From the human T2T-CHM13v2.0 reference genome, Homo sapiens, in assembly GCF_009914755.1 (NCBI RefSeq), contig NC_060929.1: a stretch of DNA of 64,000 bases; one strand, given 5' to 3'. Both the position numbers and the translations under genes were made by a program. Positions 43,038-57,862 of this stretch are shown here, one piece after another; position 1 is the stretch's first letter, and every line of letters starts with the position of its first letter. A model generated the notes under the pieces. The model had not been told where the DNA came from. It was given only the letters and a program-made list of their open reading frames with translations, and ran no database searches.

Positions 43038-44080
43038 TAACTAAATAAACAATAATGTAAAAAATCTCTCTTTAGGTGTATGCTTCTCTTTGCCAGTGTT
43101 TAAGGGTTAAAAAAATCAATATGAGAGATTAACTAAAGTACCAATTTAGAGTTAAATGAGTGCATTTGCCACTTGAGTGCCGATTGCCTCGCATGACAGA
43201 CAATATTAAGTGCTGATGACTTTAACTTTCACAAGTTTTACGCGATAGTGGGATAAATTTTTACTTAAAATGTGTTAAACTTCGGTTTAATTGCACTAAT
43301 TAATGTCTCAATAGATATACTGTTGTATCTACCTCAAAATGCAAACACCAATGAAGTAATTCATCAGAAGACTTGATATGAATAAAGAATGGAACAGTAA
43401 AGTTGAAGATAAAAAACACAGAAATTGAATAACAAATACAAGTAAGAAACAAGAAGAGTGATAAATAGCAGAACATGGCATCCAAGAGCTGAAGGACAGC
43501 TCTGGATGCCTAACTTGAACGGATTCATGAAAGAGAACAAGGATGATAAATACTTAAAAACAAAATGAATGAGAATTTTCCAAAAGAAGTGAAGGCAATC
43601 AAATCGTAAATCCAAGAAACATTTCTAGAGATATAGGGGCTACGTAAACAAACTAAAAAAAAGGTAAAAAATTATATGAAGACAAACATAGTTGTGTTGT
43701 ATGTATTATATAGTTAAATATACGTTATACACAGGCACGAAGAAAAGAAGTACAGGAAACCTGTCCTCAAGAACTATTTAACTGTATACTGGAAATTTTA
43801 ACCAGTGTACTAAAGTAAGAAAAATAAACAAAAGGCATACAAATTGGATACGAAGAAATAAAACTCTATTTGTTTCGTGGATGGTCTATGCACAGTATTC
43901 CATTATGTACAAAATAATTAAAATTATTAGCAGTGAAGCTGCTAGAAATAAATTGTGAGTACAAAATAATTAAAATTATTAAAAGTGAAGCTACTAGAAA
44001 TAAATTGTGAGTTTTGTAATTTCACACTATGCACTATAACACTATAATGCTAATATACAGAATTATTTTTTATATATAAT

Positions 44081-44870
<790 letters not shown>

Positions 44871-45935
44871 CTATTAATGAACAATTGGAAATTAGAATTT
44901 TTTAAAGTTACATTTAAAGTAGCACAAGAAACATTAAATTCTTAATCTAAAAAAACATGGAGAAAGGGTAACAAAAACTAAAAAAACACTGGTAAAAGAA
45001 ATCAAAGAAGAAGTAAATAAGTAAAGAGCTTGGTAGCCAATATTGACAATAAATTAATTCTGTTCAAACCAATCAAAAAATTCAATACAAAAATTCAATC
45101 CAGTTAAAATTCCTAACAGGATATTTGCAACTAACAAACAAGCTCATTCTAAAACTTTCAACAGAGAAGCAAAGGAATTATAATGGAAAAATCATTTTGG
45201 CAATAAAAAAATTGAAGAATCCACTGATTTATATGTATACTATATACATATATGTAATATACATATGTATATCTGTTGGTGACTTTAACCATATGATTCA
45301 TAATTTCAAAAACTGGTGAATAGTCAAAAAGTTATATACTGTATCTATTTAATATCACGTTAGGAAGAAAAAGAAACAAATCTGATAACATAACAACATG
45401 AATGTGTCTCAGATTTATTATGCTATTTAAAAAGCCAGATTTAAAGGCCTATTCAGGATGCTGTTTGCTCCCTTGTGTATGACATTCTAGAAAATATAAA
45501 ACCATAGGGACAAAGAACAGCGATTTCCAAAGACTGAGGGCAGCAGAAATACTGATTCAAAAGGCACAAAAGGGAATTTTTCTAGGTGATGGTACTGTTC
45601 TATATCTTGAGGATGGTATTTGTTATATAACCATCTATGTTTTCAACACACTGCATACTTAAAAAGATGACTTTTGGCATATATAAATTTTAATTCGATA
45701 AACCTGAGTTTTTAAAACAAAGATTTTCTGTAACCAGTAGACTCATAACACTGTCTTCCTGCCATTGACTAAGATGGTTTCGATAGTGCATTCCTCTTGT
45801 TCATGCCAGCCAATGTGTCTTTTGTTTAACCAAAACCCTTGAAATATCTTTGCCTCAGGCTTTTATTGAAATTTCCTGTAATTTAAAGACTTCACCCTCC
45901 TATTCACAGGAGTTAGTATCTTGAAATGGTAATAA

Positions 45936-46330
<395 letters not shown>

Positions 46331-48202
46331 GACTTTCTTTTCATTTGGATCACTAGTTTACCAACATCACTGCCTTTACTCAACTCTATTAACAATTATT
46401 TAACCTAGTTTATCAAGTCACTTGTCAAAATAGAGATTTATATTGTTTATATATTTAATATTTTACAAATCTGTATTTTTGTACTTCACTATCTAATTAA
46501 ACCTTTGGGGTAACTTTTATGTGTATCCCAAATAGGACAGGACAGTCATTCATTTCTTATAATGTATCAGCTAATTTCAAGGAGACATCGGAATTTTTGT
46601 GGAGACATCGGAATCTGAAGAGCAAAGTGATTCAAATTGGGTCACAGATTAAATAATTTTTAAAATGTTTACTTTAAATATCTTAAAAAACTTTAAGGAG
46701 AAAATTAATTTTTCTATATTGTTCTTGGCCTTAAAATATACATTAAGCATTAGTTTTCTGGCTTTTGATGTTTTTCATAAAATTAGCTCAAAAAATGCAA
46801 AAAGCTTGTATGAATATATAAGGGCCTTTGTAATCATATTGTAATTGCTTGACATAGTTAATTTCTTGATTTCTGACTCTGGCATCTGAGTTTCATAATT
46901 GTTATGTAATTACTCTATTTTTTTAAATCATGTTTTTAAATGGAAGTTTCAGTCTCAGATCTTTTCTATTTCATGCAATAAATAATTTTTAGCAGTAAAG
47001 AATTATTTGGCAATAAATATTTTTTGAGACGTCATGCTCCAATGATATAATTTAGTCCACTTTCTGCTTGAAAATATGCAAAGAAGAAATCTCTTGTTGG
47101 TATTAATTTCAGAAGTCGTCTTTGCACACACAATGATGATCATTCTGTTTTCCTTAGATAATTCATGGTAGTGTAACCCAATAATATAATCTTAGATGTG
47201 TAACTTACATACATGCACGTGGCACATGAAGCATGTGGTGTACTGAGATGAAAATAAGCTTGTAAAAGTCATTGGTTACCTAACTGCGGCTTGGTACCTA
47301 GCACACCCTACCTGCAACGGTCCCAACAGTTACACTGGCTCTATTTGACTTAGATGATGCAGGGGTGGGTTCAAAATCCCTCTCTTTTTCCTAATTACAT
47401 ACGACTGAGCATCCCTTCCCTTGTCTCAATCTGGGATTTTGAGAGTTTATTATAAGATCCCCAGTGAAAATCCACCCAGGTGGTTCTTCCCTACCCTCTT
47501 TAAATGTTCACACCCTAGTGTGAACAAGCTAGAAGTGGATTCTTTGAGGCAGTGACAACAGACCATGTTCAACTTCTACACTCCTTGATGTTTGTGTATT
47601 GGAAGAAGGTGTGACAAGATGCCAGGCACCAGAATTTCAGGTTGGTCTTTATGGAATTCTTGAACTCTAGGGCTGCATCCCTCCCTATAATGAGGCAAAG
47701 TTGGGGAAGTAGAAAGTTCAATGCAGCCTATGATTTTTACCTCATGGTTTTCTATAACCTAATACATATCACATTGAATTATGTGTTAACTCGTGAGCAT
47801 TCAAATTAATAGAGCATGCTGTACCAAAATATTGTCATTATTTTGGTTATTATAAATTATATATGGCCATGATCAGTGCTATAGGGCAAGACTATATCAT
47901 TTTTTACTTCTAGGCTAAAAGGATTATGTTCCTACACATGAATTATGTAACTTTTTAAAAAAAATAGTGATATTTTTCTATTAGAAGTTAAAGCAATTAG
48001 TTCTTTACAACATTGGCTACGTACTCAAATCAACTGATTCCTGGGTTTCCCCTCAATCCAAGTAAATTAGGCAGAGAGCAAAACTAAGGAACAGTATTTT
48101 CAAAGCTGACCAGGATTGACAATGACTGGTATTCAAATAGCTGTGAATTTGTGCAAATGTAGCAGAAGACAGCAAAGGGTTCTGGATATGCCAATTATTA
48201 TT

Positions 48203-48756
48203 TATTTTTATTATACTTTAAGTTCTAGGGTACATGTGCACAATGTGCAGGTTTGTTACATATGTATACATGTGCCATGTTGGTGTGCTGCAGCCATTAA
48301 CTCGTCATTTACATTAGGCACATCTCCTAATGCTATCCCTGCCCCCTCCTCCCACCCCACGACAGGCTCCGGTGTGTCGTGTTCCCCACCCTGTGTCCAG
48401 GTGTTCTCATTGTTCAATTTGCACCTATGAGTGAGGATATGCGGTGTTTGGTTTTCTGTCCTTGCGATAGTTTGCTCAGAATGATGGTTTCCAGCTTCTA
48501 GAACTGGAAAAACCATTTGACCCAGCCATCCCATTACTGGATATATACCCAAAGGATTATAAATCATGCTGCTATAAAGACACATGCACACATATGTTTA
48601 TTGCGGCACTATTCACAATAGCAAAGACTTGGAACCAACCCAAATGTCCATCCATGATAGACTGGATTAAGAAAATGTGGCACATATACACCATGGGAAT
48701 ACTATGCAGACATAAAAATGTATGAGTTCATGTCCGCTGTAGGGACATGGATGAAG
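48203..48756 (-). mobile_element. L1PA4-like insertion with 5' inversion (twin priming)
   Basis: Antisense 3' end to 48498, sense ORF2 piece 48497-48761, and 21-bp TSD CTGGATATGCCAATTATTATT at 48182-48202 and 48757-48777. Confidence 0.93.
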
Positions 48757-50102
48757 CTGGATATGCCAATTATTATTAAAATAATTTTTGGGTTAAGCTG
48801 ATTTTTACTTTTCTGAAAGAAAGATCCAAACACAATGCCTATAATAAATCTTAGAAATTGTCTGTCTCCATTGGTGAGATTAGTCAGTATAAACACTAAC
48901 ATATATAAATAAAACCAAACAACAGTTACTCTTTTCCATAATGTTATGCTTTTGTGTTCAATGAAATATTTAATTTAATTACTAAATTTCTAGCATTTCT
49001 CTGAAGGATAAAACAAATAAGCAAACAAACAAAGTAACAAGAAAAACCCAAAATAACTTCAATGAATTAAAACTGTCTAGTGCTACCTTTCCTATAATTA
49101 TTGTCACCAAATAAAGTGCCTATTGGACAGAGATGGCTGGTTCACTGCAATCTCCATTGACCCTTTCGCCATCAGTAAAAATGTCCTCTAATGCTTAGCC
49201 GGACACATGATCACCAGGAATAAATGCTATATTCCCAATCTTTTCTTAACATAGGGCATGACACTTGTGACCAATTTCTGACCTATGTTGTGTAAGGGGA
49301 AGTAACGCGTGTAACTTCTGAGAAGCTGACTTACATGCAGGGGGCATGTCCTATCTCTGTGCTTTCTTCCTTCTTGGAAAGGCAGCTCTGATGGCTAGAT
49401 CTGGGGCAGCCATGGGGCAACATGAGAAGCAGCAGTACTTGGAGGTGCAAAGCAACAAGATAATAGCCATCTGGATTTCTGATGATCATGAAGACATCAT
49501 ATCTGAACTGGGGTGTCTGCATATCCCTGAGAGGCAAAAAATGTCTATATTGTTTCCATGAGTTCTTAGCCTACACTGCACATACGAGTTATCAGAGAAC
49601 TTTCAAAATTTATCAAATGCCCAGTCCTATTAAGGTATCTGGAAACTTATTCTTGGACTATAATTTTCCACTGGGTCAACTATAACCCAGGTTTATCTGT
49701 CTTCTATATCCAGAGACTGTACCCTGCTCCTATGCAGTCTTGCTCTCTCCATAGCTTCATATGTGCAGCAGAACTCACCCTCTGCCTTCCATAACCAGGA
49801 GTGGGGCGCTACCTTCCCTCACCTGACTCCTGTGCTGCAGAAACTTGCTAAGAAACACGGAGCATATGTTTCAGACTCAGAATAAAATTATTTTTACAGT
49901 CACCAAGTTTTAGAGGTTCTGATTTAGTGTATCTGGGTGTGTCCAGGGTACCAGTGTGCTCCCTTCTCACTCAAATGAAAATTACTGGAACATGATGTTA
50001 TTTGGTATTCAGTTACACAAAGCTGAGTGTAACTGATTGGTTAATAGTAAAAGTTTTGATTTCAGTAAAATAGTTGAATTATTCTAAACCATAACTTTGT
50101 AG

Positions 50103-50420
<318 letters not shown>

Positions 50421-51988
50421 TGAGATGATGTTTTTGAGCCACAGTATTCCCATCAGTAAACCGGACATACTAATTGTAATTTCAGGTATTTTTGTGACAC
50501 ATATATTATTGAAATTATTATTATTAAATTACTGACTTTAATAATACATTCTTAAATTAGTTATTATTATAATAACATAATTAATATTGAAAGCAGTTTA
50601 TAAACTTGCGTGGTGCTAGGGGGCACTACAATGTAAAGGAATTTATGTAATAAAAGTAAAGATGCAACGTTTGATTTTATTTTTCATGTTTTGTAATGCA
50701 AAAATTAACTGTCCTTTTATTTAAATTACAGCACATGCAAATTAACTTTTAGGTATATAATTATTCTGAATTATTTCAGAAAACTATTATGGTCTCATCA
50801 CTGGATTAAAAAATGTAATAATATTCTCGGTTTAAAGAAAATGCACAGGTTTTAAATCCTCTGTGATAAGGGCCCATGAACTTGGAGCTGCTGATTTTTT
50901 TTTTTTTTTAATTTGCAGGGTTTTTACATAACAAATTATCAGAAACCAAAGCACCCAGATATCAGACTATGAATAGAAAACATCTTTCCTGAACAAGTAC
51001 AGGCTTTATTACTTAATTGTATTTACACTGATGAGTGCACACAAAGAAAAATCAATTTGTGGGAGTTTATTTCATTGGTATTGAAATTGTATCTTCCTTG
51101 AAAAACTTGGCACACAGTGCCTAGTTTGTCTCCCAGTTCATTATATTATTATTTTACTATATTCTGTGCTGTTATGTAGTTTTATATGGGCTCACTAGTT
51201 GAGTGTTCAAAATTGCTTTTCTAAACTATAGAATATTAACTTCCAGTATTTACCAAAAAAAGTTATTTATTAAAAAAATCACAATAAAAGGGCATAAAAT
51301 AAATATAAATACTCAACATTTTCAAGGTTCTTGTGGAATCATTCTGAAAGCATTAAAAGGAGAGGCTGGAAATCTGCGTTTATAATATTGGTCATTTCCC
51401 TACCTACTTAATAGTAACATTAAAGCTTCCTCAGTATGCTTTCTGAAACAAGTAAAAATGTTCTTTTACCTTAACTTATACTGTGGAAAATCTCAAAGGA
51501 ATGCTAGAAAACCATTCCAATGTACTCACCCAAACAACACAAAATACCCACACCTTCTCTAATTCAAACAATCATTTAATTAATCGAAAGAGCTGAGATG
51601 CACTCCCTCTCTACCTCATAAGGGCTTCCATCATGAACTTGATTGTGTCCTAAATTCAGTCCTCCAGGAGAAGCTCATCACCCTCCCCATGTCCTGAATG
51701 TCAGAATCCAAAGCTGGAAACTGCATCCTACTTAATCTTTATGTTTTTTGAAAAAGTTTATCTTTCTTCCCGGGAATAAAAACATCTATTCTCTGAGGCA
51801 CATGTAAGCATTTATCCTTCAGTATAATGAACTTTTTTAGTCATATTGTTAATGACAAGCTTACATAAATTTTTTTCTGCTCCCACCTTCAAAGCTCCAA
51901 GCCCTGTATTCTTACAGGATGATATTCATAAACTATTTGACCTTAGCTTCCCTCCACTTAAGCCTTTCTTGCTCAGAATCACTCCTTT

Positions 51989-52506
51989 TATTAGTTATCT
52001 GTTGATGCTTAACATATTACCTCCAAAACTTAGTGGATTAAAACAACAAACATTCATTATGCCAACTTCTCTGGGTCAAGAACTATATCAGAATTAGTAA
52101 GGCCCTCTAGCTCAAGGACTCTCATAAGGCTGCCATCATTTAAAAGCCTTACTTAGGGAAGATTCACTTCTAAGATTAATCATGTGGCTGGGGGCAGTCC
52201 CCAGGTCCTTCCTTGCTGGCTGTGACTGGTGACACTGGCTCCGTGCTATGTGGACTTCTTAATAGGCAGCGCCCAACATAGAAGTCAGCTTCCCTTACAA
52301 TGAAAGAGAGAGAGAGGATTCCCAAGACAGAAGCCACAGTCTTTGTGCAATCTAATGTTGGAAGTGATATCCATCACTTCTGCCACAGTCTATTTGATAG
52401 TGAAGTGAGATAAATTCAACTAGGACAACAGAGTAGAAGATTCCTCAAGGAGTTACCTCTACCAGGGGTACAAGTGACATGGAGCAATTTTAGAGGCTGC
52501 TTACCA
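51989..52506 (-). mobile_element. MaLR LTR (MLT1F/G/H-like)
   Basis: TTAGTTATCTGTTGATGC...CCAAAACTTAGTGGATTAAAACAACAAACATT...TTAGAGGCTGCTTACCA. Confidence 0.7.
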
Positions 52507-52724
52507 AACCCATGAAATGTATAATGACAAAACATGATATTCCTCTTAAATGACTAAATAAGCACACCACTCTTTGATCAATCTCCTGTCTGTTCAGTGT
52601 GGCAACAATTCCCACTGCAGCTGTTCTCCTGCCTCACTAAGACTTTCAATCCACTGGTGCCTCAGCCTTTGCCTATAGCATTATGATCCTCCTGCGGTCA
52701 GTTACTCCCACAAGCAAACTAACA

Positions 52725-52882
52725 ATGGCTCTTCTCAACACTGGCTTTATGTTAGAATTGCCTGAGGAGGTTCCAAAGATACATATGAGTGCCTTGGCCC
52801 CAATTGAGATTGGCTGACCCAGTGTCTCTGGGACCTGGCATTCTATTATGATACTAATATGCAGCAATAGTTGGGAATCGAT
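52725..52882. mobile_element. MER5-like hAT DNA transposon fossil
   Basis: TTCTCAACACTGGCT..TGTTAGAATTGCCTG...GATACTAATATGCAGC..AGTTGGGAATC. Confidence 0.55.
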
Positions 52883-52959
52883 ATTGTAGATTCAATTACT
52901 GAATATTTTAAAATGTAATTGCCAGTAACATAAAACCAGAATTGACATACTGCTTCCCT

Positions 52960-53130
52960 TGGGCTAAATACAATCCATCACCTATTTTTTAAATAAATTC
53001 TTATTGGAATGCAGCCACATTTTCTTATTGTCCATGGTTGCTTTTGCAGAACATGGGAGAACTGAGTACTTCCTACAGAGACAATATGGCTCACAAAATA
53101 AAAATATTTACTATCTGGCCCTTTGCTTAA
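52960..53130 (+). mobile_element. MER58-like hAT DNA transposon fossil
   Basis: TTATTGGAATGCAGCCAC...AAAATATTTACTATCTGGCCCTTT. Confidence 0.7.
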
Positions 53131-53174
53131 AAAAAATTACTGAGTTTTGACCTATCCCCTTTCACATCTTCATT

Positions 53175-53212
<38 letters not shown>

Positions 53213-54135
53213 GGTTGCTTTTGGTTTTGTCCTTTTTAGAAGCACATTGCAACCTCTTCTCTAGATGAACTCAACTATCTGATTTCTGCATATTTCTCAG
53301 TCCATGACTGCTGCTGAAGAATGCCATGCAAGAAAACAAACTGATAATATTTTAAGACGATGATCACCATTGGAAACCGGGTTTTCAATTGTGCCTGACA
53401 TAACTTTTTCAATCTCTACAATCCTCTAATTTCTGACACTCTCTTCTCCCTTCTCACTTCTCTCTCTCTGCAGATGACTTTGCTACTGCAACACAGAGAA
53501 AATATAAGTCTTTACACTCATAGTCTTTCAACTACCTGGCACTAAATCAATATACCTGTCTCCATTTGCAACTATTATCTTTCTCCCTGATCCTGTCAAG
53601 ATGATCTTACTCTTTGTTGTAGGCTACTTTCCTCCTCTGACTTCAGAATTAGTTCTCACCTGACATTAAGAGGAAATTTACATTGTTACCAATTTCTCTA
53701 CTGAAAATCCAACTTTTTATTTCCACGTAGATGCTTCCCATCGTGGTTTCCATGAACTTTATTGTCTCAATGATTGTCATTTTAGATCTATAACTCTTTT
53801 TCTGAGCTTTGGGTCTATATAAGCCAAATTTCTGCTCAACGGAGCAACCATATCCCCACTTTAATTGGACAAGTCTCTCCAGAAAATAAATCTCCTATTT
53901 CCTGTTGTGTTAAATGAAGAATAATTACTAAGGTATTCAGTAATGATAAAGAATCTGGGAATTTAACTGTTCTTGATATGAAATTTCAAACTACACACTT
54001 TTTTTGGGGGGGAAGCCAAACCCACCTCCAGCATTTTATTCCCACACATGATAAGCTTGTCCAAGGTGTGTGTGGTTTGGATGACTTTATATTTTGTTAG
54101 CTTTCCTCTTCCCTCTACATATGGACACTATCTTT

Positions 54136-54526
54136 TGTCAAAAGGAAACGTGTACACTGGATGCTTGTTAAAAATAGCAAGGAAGACTATTCAGGACTAT
54201 AGCAATGGGGGAATAATATAGCTATAGTAGAGAGAGATTGAACTAAAATTTCTCCCAGCATGGAGCTGGAAATTTATAAGCAAAGAGCTGAGGGAGTGAG
54301 TCAGTGGATAGAAACTAATTAGATATTAAGGGTGGCGGGGGGTGGGGTGGCGGGGAGCGGGGTTCTTGCTAAACTGCATTATTGCTAAAGGCATGCCAAA
54401 GTGATAAGATATCAAGGGCGAAGTGATTCTCAGTGAACTGGCTTAGCAGGCATCTTTGTTAAACTGGGCCTGAGAAGAGGGACTGGAGAAGAATGATTAA
54501 ACTTTGGTCAAGATGGGAATCTGTCA
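54136..54526 (-). mobile_element. ERV1 solo LTR (MER31-like)
   Basis: Minus strand TGACAGATTCCCATCTTGACCAAAGTTTA...ATAGTCCTGAATAGTCTTCCTTGC...TTTGACA. Confidence 0.7.
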
Positions 54527-54596
54527 GTTTTGGCCTTCTCTAATCTATGTGGTTACGCTGCTCGAGAGCTTGCTAAGATGTATTCAAGAAGGCTAG

Positions 54597-54987
54597 TGTA
54601 TTAGCTTGTTCTCACACTGCTGCTATAAAGAAACACTTGAGATGGGGTAATTTATAAAGCAAAGAAGTTTAATTGGCTCGCAGTTCTGCAGGCTGAACAG
54701 GAAGCATAGCAGCATCTGCTTCTGGGGAGGCTAAAGGGAGATTTTACTCATGGCAGAAGGCAAAGTGGAAGCACGAATCTTGCAAGGCAGAAGCAGGACT
54801 GAGAGGAAGAGAAAAGGTGCCACACACTTTCACCAACCATATCTCATGAGGATGCTATCATGATACAGCATCAAAGGGGGAAATCTGCCCCCATGATCCA
54901 GTCACCTCCCACAAGACCCCACCTCCAACATTGGGGATTACAATTCGGCATGAGATTTGGTAAGGGACACAGATCCAAATCATATCA
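54597..54987 (-). mobile_element. MSTA-like MaLR solo LTR
   Basis: TGTATTAG...CATATCA termini; perfect 5-bp TSD GCTAG. Confidence 0.9.
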
Positions 54988-55019
54988 GCTAGTAATAAAG
55001 TGTATTAAGATTTAGGAGT

Positions 55020-55397
55020 TGATATGGTTTGGCTGTGTCCCCACTCAAAATCTCATGGTGAATTGTAAACCCCATAATCCCCACATGTCAAGGGAGAGAC
55101 CAGGTGGAGGTAATTGAATCATGGAGGTGGTTTCTCCCAAGCTGTTCTCATGACAGTGAGTGAGTTCTCTCGAGATCTAATGGTTTTACAACTGTTCGGC
55201 AAGTTCCTCCTTCCATCCTTCTTTTTCCTGCCATTTTGTGAAGAAAGTGCCTGCCTCCCTTTCACCTTCCACTACGATTGTAAGTTTCCTGAGGCCTCCC
55301 CAGTCATAGGGAACTGTGAGTCAATTAAACCTCTTTCTTTAATAAATTACTCAGTCTCAGGTATTTTCATATAGGAATGTGAGAAAGGACTAATACA
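55020..55397 (+). mobile_element. THE1C/D-like MaLR solo LTR
   Basis: TGATATGGTTTGGCTGTGTCCCC...GGACTAATACA; TSD GGAGT/GGAAT. Confidence 0.9.
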
Positions 55398-56692
55398 GGA
55401 ATCTTCAAGGACATCCCATCCAAATTAAAAGTTGTGTATCACTTGCTTCTTTGACCTCATCTACTGTATTAATTACATTTATATGTATATATACACACAC
55501 ACACATATGCAAACATATATATATATATCAGCTTTACTAAATGGTCTCTATATTCTCAGTTTTATTGTTTCATTAGGAAAAGAAATTGGCTGGGATATTG
55601 GTAACAGTATATTTCTGCTTATGCTGTAATACCCAAGTTGAAACATTTGATAGAAATTGATTGATGCTTGTTACCTGATGTTTTAAAATAAGGGCTAAAT
55701 AGTTATATATCTCAATATTATCGTTATCCTGGATGTGACAGGGTACAGATGTGACAATGCATGTTTTTATAGTGTGTTCTACTGGTGATTCAAATAACTA
55801 AGGTATTGCCATTGGCAACATAATTTTTGTAAATATTGAAAGACTCTGGGAAGTTTCTACAATAAAAAGACTTTTTCTCTTCAATTTCCGTAGTGGTTGC
55901 ATTCTGAAAAATTTAGTTTGTATTAAGCCATTCAAAGTATTTACATGTAAAATATTCATTTCTTGACTAAATAATTACAGATGATCACTTACGTGGCTAT
56001 CCATTGGGGCATTTGATGGGAATATTTTTTACAATGTAGGATCGCAGGATATCTAGTATTGTTTGTCCTCACATTGGAAATACAATTACTGCCTTCTGAT
56101 CGTTTTGACAATGGAGACACTCAAGCATTTCTAAACAGAAAAAGCTGGTACAAGCACACTTGAAGCACAATACATCTGAAAGGCACATGAAGAGTTCAAT
56201 AAAATGTTTAACAACTGAAAAGACTGCAGAAATAAATTTAAGTATTCTGTCTATACTAAAATCCAAATGTAAATTATATTAGAGTTGCAGCTATTTAATA
56301 CGCTATTTCAGCATTCACATGCTATTTTCTTTTTCTATTCAGATGTTTTTTCCACTGCCAGACACTTTCTAACAAGTCCTTCAAACCCTCTTTATAATAA
56401 CTTATGAAAATATTTGTTACATTATGCTCAATGATTTCCTCAATTAAAATGATATATAAAATAAGAACAAGTGAGAGGAAAAAAACATAGTTTGTGCATC
56501 TGTTTTGTGATAAATATAGTAGTTAGATCTATTTTATATAAATTTTCTCATTAAACCCACATCAAACTTTTTCTCCTGTATTTTTTAAATGGAAAATGTG
56601 AGGTTGATAGGAGTTAATTAAGTCTACTAATAGCTGACGGAAATGAAACTATCATTACTGAGAACTATGGTTGGTTTTTACAATTATTTCAT

Positions 56693-57007
<315 letters not shown>

Positions 57008-57059
57008 ATCTATATCTTTTAAGTGTGAAATGCTTTCAGAAAAATATTTCAACCAAAAG

Positions 57060-57862
57060 GGAGAAATGTGGAAGTTGTGAGCACCAAAATGGAGTCACTT
57101 ACATCAAACCATAAAAAAATGAAGCTGGGAGGCCATGAAAGAGGGGCCTTCATGTACATATGTCTATAATAAGAACTGCTGCAATGGTTCTCTCAAAAAC
57201 CACGAAAATGTTAGATATGATAATTCTATGAAGACATCTCTCCAGCAACAGCCAATATTATCAATGAGTATTTGCCAACTCTTGTAACAAGCTTCTCTGG
57301 CCCATGAGGTTTATTACAAAACTTACATAAAATTTCTCTTTTAAGATTTTTGCCTTCCTGATATGGTTTAGATTTGTGTCCCCACCCAAATCTCATGTCG
57401 AATTGTAATCCCCAATGTTGGAGGAGGGGCTTGGTGAGAGGCGATTGGATCATGGGGGTGGATTTCCTCCTTGCTGTTCTTGTGATAGTGAGTTCTCATG
57501 AGACCTGCTTGTTGAAAAGTGTGTGGTATTTCCCCTTTGCCCTCTTCCCCCTGCTTCGGCCATGTAAGACGTGCCTCCTTCCTTTTTGCCTTCTGCCATC
57601 ATTGTAAGTTTCCTGAGGCCTCCTCCAATCATGTTTCCTGTACAGCCTATGAAATCATGAGTCAATTAAACCTCTTTTCTTTATAAATTACCAAGTCTCA
57701 GGTAGTTCTTTGTGCTAGAACAAACTAATACAGTCCCTCAGCTTCTTTGGTGCCTAAGGTCCACCATAGCATGTGTATTTCAAATTGCAATTTACTGCTA
57801 TTTCCTGAATACACTCCACTCTTTATTTTAGAGAGTCAGTATCTCTGTTGTTTAAGTTGACA
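57060..57862 (+). mobile_element. ERV1 LTR (MER34/MER39-group-like) interrupted by MSTA
   Basis: CCAAAATGGAGTCACTT near the start; ends GTTGACA; followed by a degenerate tRNA-Leu-type PBS TAATGTCAGAAGCAAGAT (57868-57885). Confidence 0.6.
57359..57732 (+). mobile_element. MSTA-like MaLR solo LTR
   Basis: TGATATGGTTTAGATTTGTGTCCCCACCCAAATCTCATG...CAAACTAATACA. Confidence 0.9.

Noticed and set aside
46581-46614. 14-bp direct repeat GGAGACATCGGAAT about 200 bp beyond the right arm
   Set aside because: Local micro-duplication with no link to the breakpoint.
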